DNA of 64,000 nt from Isurus oxyrinchus. Lineage: Eukaryota. Location of the stretch: assembly GCA_026770705.1 (NCBI GenBank), contig JANJGN010000035.1, forward strand, positions 3,844,001-3,908,000. Reading direction: 5' to 3'. Made by a program: the position numbers and the translations under genes. Positions 26,875-38,630 of the stretch are shown here, one piece after another; position 1 is the stretch's first letter; each line of letters starts with the position of its first letter. Under the pieces are notes generated by a model that ran no database searches, was not told the DNA's origin, and saw nothing but the letters and a program-made list of their open reading frames with translations.

Positions 26875-27729
26875 ATTTCTCCTCTGAAAGCCTCCCATTC
26901 TTATTACAGATGGTTTTTGGAATCACTTTTGACCTATCAAGATCGTGAGCACCGCTTGGGTATATTCCACGGCCTGTTGTTTGTCCAACCCCTGATGTGT
27001 GAGATTCGTGAGACATTGTCGCTGCTGGTAAGGCTAGCATTTATTTCCAATTTTTACTTTCTGCTTTAGAAGGCAGCGTTGAGTCTTCTTTTCCTGTACC
27101 AGCAGTTGCCTGTTCTGGTCAGGGTGCCCCCACAGTTACGCAGATAGATGGACCTCCCTGCTTTGTTACATTTGTGTGGCCTTCGATAGCGAATATCTGA
27201 CATTATTCCCTCCCTGTTTTCAGAAATGAAAACCTGAGCAGTGGAAATAGGGATGGAAGGATGAAATCGAATGAAAAGTTTATACATTTTGTTCTGAATC
27301 GAGGTAATGAAAGAAACCATCTGACGGCTGCAAATGGGCTTTGGTGATGGACAGAACTGTTTTGTGCTGTCTTTTCTCTAGCCGCAACCTTCTCAGAACC
27401 CGCCATGTTTGTGAGGTGCAACAACAAGAAGAGCAAAAGAAACACTTTTCGGGATGGTGCTACATTTATAAGGCAACAATACCATTCATTTTGAAACACT
27501 ATAATTTTTCAAAAGATAAGATGCTTGAGGGTTTAAAATGTCAACATTGCTCTACTGGCTGAAATTGATCTTTGAGCAGAGGGTGGAAAATCAACATGAT
27601 AGAGCACCCCAGCCACCTTCCCCATCCCAAATCAGTAATTGTATTACATGCACAGGAAAACTCTATCACCATGTTATCCAGTGTGCCCATCTGTGTCCTC
27701 TCCCAGAGGCAGGCTTAGAAATTAATGCA

Positions 27730-29480
27730 CAAATGTGGGGTGAAGACATGGGGAAAGACTATTGAAAGACTAGTGAGAAAGTTGTAGCGATGTTGGGAAA
27801 TGGCAAGCTAAAATGCAATGGGGTAATATGGAGTGGTAATAGGAAAAATAATGCAGAAAGGTTAATTGGGACTCATGGGGAGTGGTAATATGTGAGGGAT
27901 AATGGAGACAGAATTCTAAGAGGTCGGTAATAATGTTGGTGAAATGGTGAGCGGAAATGTTAATCGGTACGTATATAAAATGTTTTAAGAGGGAGGACCA
28001 ATGGGAAGAGGTGTTTTTTTAGAGTTGGAACTGGAGGAGGGCAAATGGGGATGAGCTGCATTTTGGGAGAGGTTTAATTAGGGCAGCCAATGCTCGAAGA
28101 TGTATGTAAAGGGAAATATGGGAGTGTAAAAGAAGGGGCCATGTGGATTGGTATCGGGGGTAGGGGATCTGAGTTGGGGTAATTATGATAATTACTGGGG
28201 TGCTGTCATGTTGGATGGTTAATTAGTAGAGTGAATGGGGAGACAACGTGGGAGGTATAATTGGGTGTGAGAGCTGGGTGATAAGATGGATGATTAATGG
28301 TAGTAGAGTAATAAAGGGAGAAACATCATCGGAATAGTATGATGGGTATTGCGGAGCAGTAATGGGGAGCAACATGTTGAATTATATTTACGGAAGAGCA
28401 ATCAGGGTGATAGTATGTGTGGGGCTAATGAGGTAATGGGAAGGGACAATGGGGAAGCAGTAATGAGATAATCAATGTGTAGTGGGGAGTGATGAGGGGA
28501 GATGGTAAGGGGCAGGGAAAATGAGGAAATTTCACTGAGGAAGCACAGCTAAGAGGTAATGACATGTGGTAGTGGGAGGGGGGAAGATGAAAGCTAATGC
28601 AGAGTTATGATTGTTTGGGAGAATCTGGGTAGGGCAACGGGTAAGGATATGTGGGTTTTGATAGGTTGGAGGGGCAATGGGTAGAGGTAGTGGGAAAACG
28701 GAGCGGGGATGCAAAAGGATGTGTAGGAACCTAGGTCGAAATGACGAGGAAAGGGGTGGGGCATAGTGAAAGAAGTAAAGGGGGCTGGCCATTAAGATAA
28801 TTAATGAGGAGGATAAATGTTTTGGTGCTTTGGGAATGGAGACTGGTGAAGGTTTTCAGGGAGGGGAATGGGGTGTGGTGATGGGGGCCATAAAGGGGAA
28901 AGAAATGGGGTCGGGAAATTGGAATGGTAAATGTCTATGAGCAGGGTATATTAATGTTGGTGTATAATGGGGATTATTAATAGGGCAGGGGCAATGAGGA
29001 AGCGGAATCGGGAAGGAAATGCGCAAAGCGATAATTGGACAATGAGAATGAATAAGAGTAACGAGGTTGGTGTATTCGAGGAGGGGTAATGTGTGAGGGA
29101 AAATCTGCAGTGGCGGATGGAGCAGTAATGGTGAAGTGTAATGGAGATGTATAATGGGGGAGCAATGGGAGAAGGGTAATGGTGATACATAATGATGGAG
29201 GTATAATTGGAGAGCATAAGTGGAGGGGTAAGATAGAGTTTGAATGGGAGTTGTGAAGTTTTGGGGACAAATCAATATAATGGACTAATAAAGAGGGGAA
29301 TTTGGAGGGAATGTGGAAAAGAATAATTGAAACTGGGACAGGTGATGGGATGATGGAACATGTGTATTGGATGTGCGAAATTTTATAATGCTTATGGCAA
29401 TGGGAGCTTAGGGAATGATAATCGTGAGGGGGAATTATGAATAGGAAAGCAAATTGTGAGGCATAATCCTGAGAGGCGAT
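27730..29480 (+). repeat. Purine/G-rich low-complexity tract (decayed tandem repeat), paralog 55155-56840
   Basis: Strong G/A excess with recurring aatggg/taatgg/gggag words. Confidence 0.7.
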
Positions 29481-29699
29481 AGGGATGTCTTATTTTTACG
29501 AGATTGCATTAGAACTAACATTTTGCTATTGTGAATTTCCACTGATAATACTAAAGTGACACACTGGCACAGTTAAGAGTACACCCATATAGGATGTGAT
29601 TGGACAGGTTACTGTTACGGTTAGTTATCTATACTATGCCCTGCACTGCGTTGGGTCTAAGGCGCGCAGATTCACTTCATTTTCCTCTGTAATTTGGTT

Positions 29700-31170
29700 C
29701 TTCCGCTACTTCCCCTCAATAGATAACCATGCAATAACCGGTTGACCATGCAAAACGCGCTGGAAACTCTCTGAAGTAGAAGTGTTTCAGCAGTGCAATT
29801 AATGATGTTGCCCAACATTTCATAAATATGAATATTCTTGTTGTCACTGAAAATGAGAGGCTTGTCTTTATGGACAGCTTCAATTTTAATGTTCCTTCTT
29901 CTCAGGGCAAAAGGAGAAAAGTATTTGCCACGTTTGCTCTCCTTCAATATCAAACACACCTCCGTTCACCAGCTTTCAATGAAAATGAGAAGTACTTGAA
30001 AGTACACATGCATGTGCGGAATACTGAATGGCTTGTCCGATTTTCACATGCAGTGTGAATGTTTGGTGGCGTCATGAGGCCTCAAGGCCATTCCAGTCAG
30101 AATTTTCTCTCAGCTTGAAAAAGGGAATGGAAATGTTATGCTTATCAAGCACAACTGTATTTAACAAATGCATGATTTTCTTAATGGCGGGTCCTAAGCT
30201 GCATCCATTGGACTTGCTGTCCAACATGACATATGGTCCCACTCGAAATCAAGTTGCAGAGACATCTTGTTTGATTTGTGAAAGAGTAGTCGTCTGCCTT
30301 GTGGCGTATATGATATGATTTCTCCGCACGGTTCATTGAATTGATGCATGTTTGGGCTGCCTAAGAAACATAAAAGCGATGCCCCTTAATCAACTCCCTT
30401 ATCTATGACTGGTTCTGCATCACTTGAATTGGGTAAATGGTTGACCGAGCTGCTGCAGGCAGTTTTGAAGGAAGTTTGCAAATAAACAGTGAAGGTCTCC
30501 TTCAATTTTGTGAGATACATATCGATAGCAAAGCCATGTTGATGTGTTTATTCCTCGTTGCTAGCCTGGTCACTAATGTGTCAGTCAAAGAAACCATAGG
30601 AATTTGCACCATGTCCAAATATCATGGCCATCACGCTACTATTGTCTGAATCTGGTTTAACTGAACTTATGAATTTAGCAGCTCGCATAGTTTATCTCAG
30701 CTTTAAAACTATTTACGCCCAAATAGATAGTGTTTCCATGGGATTCCCACTCGCCAATATTTTCATCAATTTCCACGAGAAACACGTTTTCAAAGGAATG
30801 GCACCTCACCTTTTCGGCCTTGCATGTTTTCAGTACATGGACAATACATTCGTTATATTTGAATCTGCAACTGCATGGACGACTTTCCATAGGCACTAAT
30901 CGCATTCGGACGCCTTTTCTAAATTCAAACAAAATCTTTGGGGCAACAGTTCTCTTGTGCATTCTCCCTCCAGGTCTGTGACTCGACCTGTCAGAACCCA
31001 CATCCAAGCAATCAGCACCTTGTTTTTCAAATTCGTTCCTCCCTTCGAACCGTCAAATCCTTGCATTTTTCCCGATTTAGTACATCATGAAAAGATTCGA
31101 CAGCATTTCTGTTTTTTGCAGAAATACACAAGTTCTTTACCACCAAGCTTTACATTTATGTTTGAGTTCA
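29700..31170 (+). mobile_element. Old PLE RT remnant (paralog ~57100-58500)
   Basis: IYAQIDSVSMGFPLANIF...FQYMDNTFVIF and VASLVTNVSVKETI are degenerate PLE RT motifs. Confidence 0.65.
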
Positions 31171-31194
31171 CAGTTTGGATTTGCATTCCAGATG

Positions 31195-31775
31195 CAGTTA
31201 GGTACAGTGAGGAATAGTTTTAATAGAAGGGCTAGGTTTAATATTCAGACTAGGGCTAGGGCTATAACTAATGTTAGGGCTAGCTGCATTTTGTTGTATA
31301 CTGAGTTAGGATTTAGATTAGGTGTATTTTGACAATTAGTATAAGTGCTAACATTAAAGATTGTGTTTTGGATCAATCAATGTTTATGCATAGCTTTAGG
31401 GTTAAATATTGTGCTCGGCTTTAGGTAACATTAGAGATAAATTTGGTTTGAAGATTAAATTTGGAATTGAATAAAAGTTGCAAAAAGCATTCTTGTTCAG
31501 GTATGTGTTTGGCCCACATTTAGTTTTATAATCGCGAGAGTCACTAGCATGGTTGGAATTTGGTTTAGGATGGTTTTAGGTTTATATTTATATTAGGTTT
31601 TATGATTGATGTAAGCATTAGGATTAGACTTAGAGCTACAATTATGCTTTGGAACTTGTTTTAGAGATAGGCTTAGGGTGAATTTTATGGATAGTGCGTT
31701 TATCGTTGAAGTTAGTTTGAGGGTTTAACATTAGGATTAATGATTCACGTTCAGTGGAGGTTAGCTTTCGGGTTG
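31195..31775 (+). repeat. Degenerate TTAGGG-like tract (paralog 59700-60310)
   Basis: ttaggg/ctaggg/ttagga/ttagag words throughout, e.g. ctagggctagggcta and ttagagttagggttag. Confidence 0.55.
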
Positions 31776-31789
31776 GATCCAATAAGCTG

Positions 31790-32700
31790 AAGGCACGGCT
31801 GTCAATGCTGGTGAAATTGAAATTGGCAATGTCGAAATTATATGAGCGAGGATATCTGGTGGTGTGTGGACAAGTGTGTGGGAAGATTGTAGGTGCTGAA
31901 GGAGGTTATAGTGACAGCGAGGATTGTGCAGGCGGGAGATGATGATGGAAAGAGGGGCGTGACTGGCTATAGAGGAATTTGCAAATGTGAATGGATATTG
32001 TAAAATCAGGATGTTGTCAATTAACCAGCGAGATCATGGATGGCTAACGGACTGGTCATGGTCCAAGTAAAGGCATGGACATGAGCCGTTTAGATGATCT
32101 CAAGTTTTGGTGGGTAGAAGGCAGTTCTTTATTCTGGAATGTTTTGAAATGTCAAGTTCAGTGGAAAAGAAAGGCATGCAGGGGTTTCAAAAGAAGGTAA
32201 TCTCAGAAAGGGGAATATTGAGGTGATATTAGTGATGTGCAAGTAGATGTCCTTAGTGGTGTTATGGATCATTGCATCTGCGATGTTTAATTGGCAGAAA
32301 AATCCAGCAGCTCTTAGTGTGGTATGGTAATGTACTCGGAGATTCAATTCCATGTCAAATTAAATGCAACGATTCTGAGCAGTCAGGTTCAGCCTCAGAT
32401 AGTTTCCAAGTAGAAGAATTGATTTTTAGCCGGTGAATAGCGCTTGTGGCGGAGTTCACAGATAATGATTTCTGTCTTCCAAAACTTCAGTCATAGAAAT
32501 ATTCAATCATACTGCATGGGATGGCGGAGAAGGAGACTAATTAATTAGAGATATTGGATCATTTGACAGAAGCGGTTGGAAGGAAGAGCTGTGTATCATC
32601 ACAATAGAAGTGAAAATATTTGTGGTTTTCAGTAATCTTGCCATGAGACAACAGGTAAATAAGGAACTTGAGTGGGCAAGGATACAGGTGGGAATGGAAA
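31790..32700 (-). mobile_element. L2-like LINE remnant (paralog ~60330-61100)
   Basis: Minus strand at ~32585-32613 reads FHFYCDDTQL (YADDTQL motif). Confidence 0.5.
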
Positions 32701-33872
32701 GAAGAAACATTAATGGAGATTTTCTGGCGGCGATTGTTTTACATAAAATTATAATCAGGAGTCGGCTGGAGGATGGTGGAAAAGCTCTGGAGGAGAATTG
32801 TATACTCAGGCATGGCACAAGGGTCCAGACAGACGGGGGTGGTGAGGGTGGGGTGGAGAATACAATATGTCATTATCACATCAGATGCCATTTAAGACAT
32901 TGTTCAGAAGCTGCTCAGGACACAAGATGTATCCATCTAATTCAAGGAATACAAACAGGGAATTCCCTAAAAGACGGGCATGTCAGCAGAGCTGACAGCA
33001 CTTTCATTGACTTTGGAGATTAAATTAAATTTTGAGGTGGGCTGATCGATTTCAGGAACAAAGTGGATATTTTTTTTTTCAACAGAGTGGTGAAGACTCC
33101 AGAGTTAACGGGGAAAGGGACAGAATCTTAAGAAAAATAGGAAGGTTAGATGAAACCAAGGGAAAACCTTCTGTGAGATCTGCATAATATGACAGCATCC
33201 ATCCTCGGGTTGTAAAGGATACCTGCTGAGATAGTTGGTGCACTGGTTCAGGTTTTGCAAAATTCCTCACCTCAGTGCACACTGGGAGTGAGCAAACATT
33301 ACACCACTGCTGCAGTCAGGAAGTAGATGGATACAAGTCAGTTTTCCCTGACATCGAGGGAATGTTGGATTATTAAGGAAGTCTTGATGCAATTTGAAAC
33401 CATGGTATGTTCAAATAAAGTCAACACAGTTTATTAAATTATGTTTGACAAATTTATTGGTGTTTTAAGGATTTATAAGAATGAGGCCTTGCTACAACTG
33501 TAAAGGGATTGGCTGAGACCACAGCTGGAGTCCTGAGCGCAATTTTGTAATGCTCGGAGCTCTTCCCTTCCAAACTGCCTCCCCCCTTCCTCCCAACACC
33601 CCCACCCCCCCCCCCCCCCACACCCCCCACACCAGACCCCGCTCCCCCTTCCTACGCAGCATATCACCATTTAACCCTTTCCCCGCTGGACATTTGTCAT
33701 GTGTGCCCCTACGGAAAAACCTTCGGGTCTTAGGATGGTGGCTGTTCCCCTGCTCCTATATTGTTTGATGCCAAAAATCCAGGCGTCCATGGCATCATTA
33801 ATTTGATGGAAACCTGAGGAAAAGTATCACATTCCTCATGTGGAAACACCGGCTGCCACCTCTAAGCTGGTC

Positions 33873-34767
33873 TCAGTTTTTTTGTTTGTTAATTAACCGA
33901 ATAAATGATGTTACTGGACATTTCACAGCTCTCTTGATCACTGCCCTGAACTTGGTCTGGGTCGCCCCATAAATAAATGTATTTGTGCAACGGTTTAAGT
34001 TCCGCAGCATATACGTGACTCATTCAAAGATATAAAAAGAATCTTCATCTAAGTGACTTGCAAACTTAAACATATAAAACAGATACCGTCCAGAGGAGTA
34101 TAAAGCTACCGGATATGGTGAAGATTAACACCGCTGACTTCCTTCTGTTCTCCATCTCTGGGTCACTGTGCTTCACTGTCTTGCAATGACCCCCTCAGCC
34201 CCTTCCAGACTCGACTAGCCACTAAAATGTGTCTGACTGTCAGAATGTTGAGTAACAGAATTAAGGCGAATGGGAGCAGTGGTGTTAACACCGTAGCAAA
34301 CCACTTAAATGTCAACCACCCCAAGTTAATGAAATAGCTGGGTTTTCTAACACAGAGCCACTTCACATTTCCAATTATAAATCTAGGATTATATGTAAAA
34401 TAGGAGGGAACGTTTTTTAAACAGAGAAGAATGCAGGTTGTTACCAGGACCAAAGCCGCAGTTCTTGCTGTGCAATATTTAGTTCTCAGCTTCTGACAAC
34501 AAATGGCCACAAATCGATGAAAGGAGAAAGTGATGGTGAACCAAACGGAAATGTCTCTGGCTGCACTTCTCAGTACCATATTAACGTGACACACTTGGGT
34601 GAGGTCTAGGAAACACAGTGGGAAATAATACCAACTGATATTGTTCAGTATAACTTCGGTGATTAGAACCAATATATCCCCCACTGCCATGGCGACCAGG
34701 TAGCGAGTGGTGCCGGTGGAGAGTCCGCACTTTGCCCGGGACAGGATCACAACCGTCACTAAATTAA
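33873..34767 (-). pseudogene. GPR139-like GPCR pseudogene, copy 2, exon 2
   Basis: Acceptor ctttcag|TTAATTTAGTG. DRF>HRF. +1 frameshift in a C-run at 34190-34194, giving TGA at 34163. Second indel ~34065 and an in-frame TGA after IFE. Original stop at 33873-33875. No exon 1 found upstream. Confidence 0.93.
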
Positions 34768-36734
34768 CTGAAAGTGAGAGAGGTAAGGGAAATGTGACTG
34801 GAAATTACTGATCAATGATTCTCGACCTCTTAGTTCGGGCTTTACAAAGTGAATTATTACACAAGAAACGGGGTTGGCAGCAAGTCTGAGATCTGACAAT
34901 AAAGAATTCCAAACACAACCTCTATCTGATCCATTCATTCATTTCCAAGTTTAATAGCCACGGGGCAGGAGGTTATCAGTAGATAGGTCCATGGTCGCAG
35001 GTCGAAAGGCAAGATATTTGCAGGAAAATATGAGGTTCTTATTTAACCTGGCTTTGGGGTTGATTCTTGGCTGACTGGAATTTCCGAAAGGTAAACCAAT
35101 ATATATTATGAGAAATGATGAGTTGTTTCGCAGCACGAATTGGACAGGAGGAGCAGGAGTACCTGGACAAGGCCTCATCCTCGCCCCTAATCTGATTCCA
35201 CCTTAGCAAAGAGCCCACTGTCATTCATTGGACTTCATGCACTGCCCTTGATAGGATTACCCTGGGATCAAACTGATCGCCTGTATGCGATCGGACCTAC
35301 ATTGTTCTGTGGTTTGCTTCGGATCCCTCCCAGCCTAACTGAAAATCAAACCTGCCACCCACTCTATGTCAGTGCAAGGAAGCTATGAATTTAAGAATGC
35401 ACAATTTGTGAGAATGAGGAGTTCTGAAAGTACGAACAGCCTACAGCACCTATGTTTCATCGCGTGTTAATAAACTGTTCCAAGTTCTATTTGTAAAGTG
35501 GCATTCTGAGATTGCTGTAAGCATCATTTTAAAAACAGACACTGCTGAAAATGCACAGTCAGAATAGAGGTGTCTGTGGAAAGAAAAGAAACAGAATGAA
35601 TGTTTCAGGCCGAATAGATCTTCAGAACTGTAACACCTTCGGGATTAACTGATTGAAAGCGATAATAGCCTGGAATAAATGTTGTGCGGGTGGGTGGGCC
35701 AAAGATGTGTGACGGGCAGGAGCATAAGAGTAATTCTGTGGTCAACTGTATGATAGAGCAAAAGGAATGGAGGGAGTTAAAGGAACGAAAAGGGGCTCCG
35801 CAGTAGATGTAAATGTTTCCACGAGAATAGCAGAAGTGGGAGGAAAAATAAGAGGTCCGGGAATCTAGTAGAACGTGATTGGATCCGCAATGATGTAGAA
35901 GATACCGAGGTGCATATATTTATCGGGGTTCCCATCCCAGGGGCCAATGCGAATCTCCTTCCCTTCTCACCTCCCAGTGGCACTTCTGCATCTAGCCCCC
36001 AATAGCAAGAGACAATCTTAGAAAATTGGACCAGTGCTTACCAGCTGAAGTTTCTTCTTAACGCAATTGTTTCCAGCAGCAAATAAATTTCCTTAGCGAT
36101 AAATATTCAAATATAACAATGTAAGTAGGTGAGGTAAAGGGGCCAGCGTGGGACCGGACATCGAAGTGAATAGAGCCCCTATCACTAGCTTTAATTTCTG
36201 CATGAAGACTTAAATGAAGTTTTCAGCAAAGAAATCACTCGATCTACATTTATTCATCTCCAATGTGCGGGAAAGTGCATTCTTCGCATTGAATTCATTT
36301 AATAAATTGGAACGAGTAGATGGAAGTTCCCGTTTCATTGAAATGTTATTTGTGGTGTCCAAGACACTGGTGAAATGGAGATGTTCCACCTCCTAGACTT
36401 GCTGGTGACTGTCCTAGACTTGGACAATCAGTAATCAAAATCAGTTAAATAACGGAATGGATAGTGGCGGTAAAGTTGTTGTGTGGTGTATTGTTATCAT
36501 TTTCAATGTATCAACCAACAGTAAATTTATTATGTGCAATGTAAAAGTGTTGGGAACTTTATCACTCCGTTTTTGGTTTGTCTCTAGTAAAAAAGTAATG
36601 GTAATTTATTCAACAGCGTGTGATTAAGATAATTTTATGAATTGAATGTAATATAACTCCCCGATGTATCGCAATCTGGATAAAAATTACAAATGACTGC
36701 AATTTTATTCCTTGTTAATCAATTTGCTACTAAG

Positions 36735-38630
36735 ACCATCACACCATAAGATATAGGAGCAGAAATTAGGCCAACCGGCCCATCGAGTCTGCTCCACCAT
36801 TCAGTCATGGCGAATAAGTTTCTCAACCCCATTCTCCCACCTTCTCCCCGTAACCTTTGATCTCCTTACCAATCAAAAACATACTTATCTCGGTCTTAAA
36901 TACACTCAATAACCCGGCCCCCACAGCATTCTATGGCAGTCAATTCCATAGATCCACCACTCTATGGCTAAAGAAGTTTCTCCTCATCTCTGTTCTAAAA
37001 GGTCTTCCCTTTTCTCTGAGGCTGTGCTCTCGGGTCGTAGTCTCTCCTACTAACGGAAACATCTTCCCCACGTCACTCTATCCAGACCTTTGAGTATTCT
37101 GTAAGTTTCAATCGGATCCCACGTCATCCTTATAATCTCCATCAAGTATAGACCCAGAGTCCTCAAATGTTCCTCACATGTTAAGCCTTTCATTCCTGAG
37201 ATCATTTTCGTGAACCTTCTCTGGACCCTCTGCAGGGCCAGCACATTAATCCTGAGATGTTGGGCCCAAAATTGCTCACAATATTCTAAATGTGGTCTGA
37301 CCAGAGCCTTATAAAGCCTCAGCAGCACATCCTTGCTTTTATATTCTAGTCCTCTCGAAATAAATGCCAACATTGTATTTGCCTTCCTAACTACCGACTC
37401 AACCTACATGTTAACCTAATGAGAATCCTCGAATAGGACTCCCAAGTCCCTTAGCAGTCCAGTTTTCTGAATTCTCTTCCCATTTAGAACATAGTGTCTG
37501 GCTCTACTCTTCCTACAAAAGTGCATGACCTCATACTTCCCCACATTGTCTTCCATCTGCCACTTCTTTGCCCATTCTCCTAACCTGTCGAAATCCTTCT
37601 GCAGTCTCCCCGCCTCTTCAATACTGCCTGTCCTCCACCTATCTTTGAATCATCTGCAAACTTAGCCAGGATGCCCTCAGTTCCTTCATCTAGATCATTA
37701 ATGTATTAAGTGAAAAGTTGTGATTCCAACACTGACCCATGTGGAACTCCACTAGTCACCGGCCGCCATCCTGAGAAAGACCCCCTTATCCCCACTCTGC
37801 ATTCTGCCAGATAGCCAATCTTCTATCCACGCTAGTACCTTGCCTCTAACATCTTATGTTACTGAGCAGCCTCCTGTGCAGCACCTTGTCAAAGGCCTTC
37901 TGGAAGCCCTAGTAGTTAACATCCATTTGATCTCCTTTGTCTAACCTACTCGTTACCTCCTCAAAGAATTCTAACAGATTTGTCAGGCTTGAGCTCACCT
38001 TGATGAAAACATGCTGACTTTGCCAGATTTTACCATGCACTTCCAAGTATTCTGAAATCTCATCCTTAATAATGGACTCTAAAATCTTACCAACGACTGA
38101 GGTCAGGCTAATTTGCCTGTAATTTCCAGCCTTTGGCCTCACTCCCTTCATAAACAGGGTTGTTAGCGATTTTCAGTCCTCTGTGACCTTACCTGACTCC
38201 AGTGATTCCTGAAAGTTCACCACTAATGCCTCCACTATCTCTTCAGCTATCTCCTTCAGAACTCTGGGGTGTAATCCATCTTGTCCAGGTGATTTATCCG
38301 TCTTCAGACCTTTCAGTTTTCCTAGCACCTTCTACTTGGTAATGGCCACCATACTCACCTCTGCCTTCCGACTCTCTTGAACTTTGGTGATGTAACTCGT
38401 GTCTTCCAATGTGAAGACTGACGCAAAGTACCTATTTAGTTCCTCCGCCATTTCTTTCTTCACCACTACTATATCTCCAGCGTCATTTTCCAGCTGAACA
38501 ATGTCCACTTTTGCCTATCTCTTACCCTTTACATATCTAAAAAAAACTCTTGCAATCTTTATTTATATTACTAGCTAGTTTCCCTCATATTTAATTTTCT
38601 CCCTCCTTATATCTTTTTTAGTTGTCCTCT
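36735..38630 (-). mobile_element. CR1 LINE 3' part (RT); duplicate of 45145-47055
   Basis: GNYRQISLTSVVGKILE and LYKALVRPHLEYCEQFW. Confidence 0.88.

Noticed and set aside
28532-29275. Pro/His/Leu-rich ORFs (also 55789-56636)
   Set aside because: Artefact of the low-complexity purine tract; frames are not conserved between units.
35900-35935. Plus-strand 'IFIGVP' resembling GPCR exon 1
   Set aside because: Wrong strand, no donor site, and not preserved in the paralog at ~4490.
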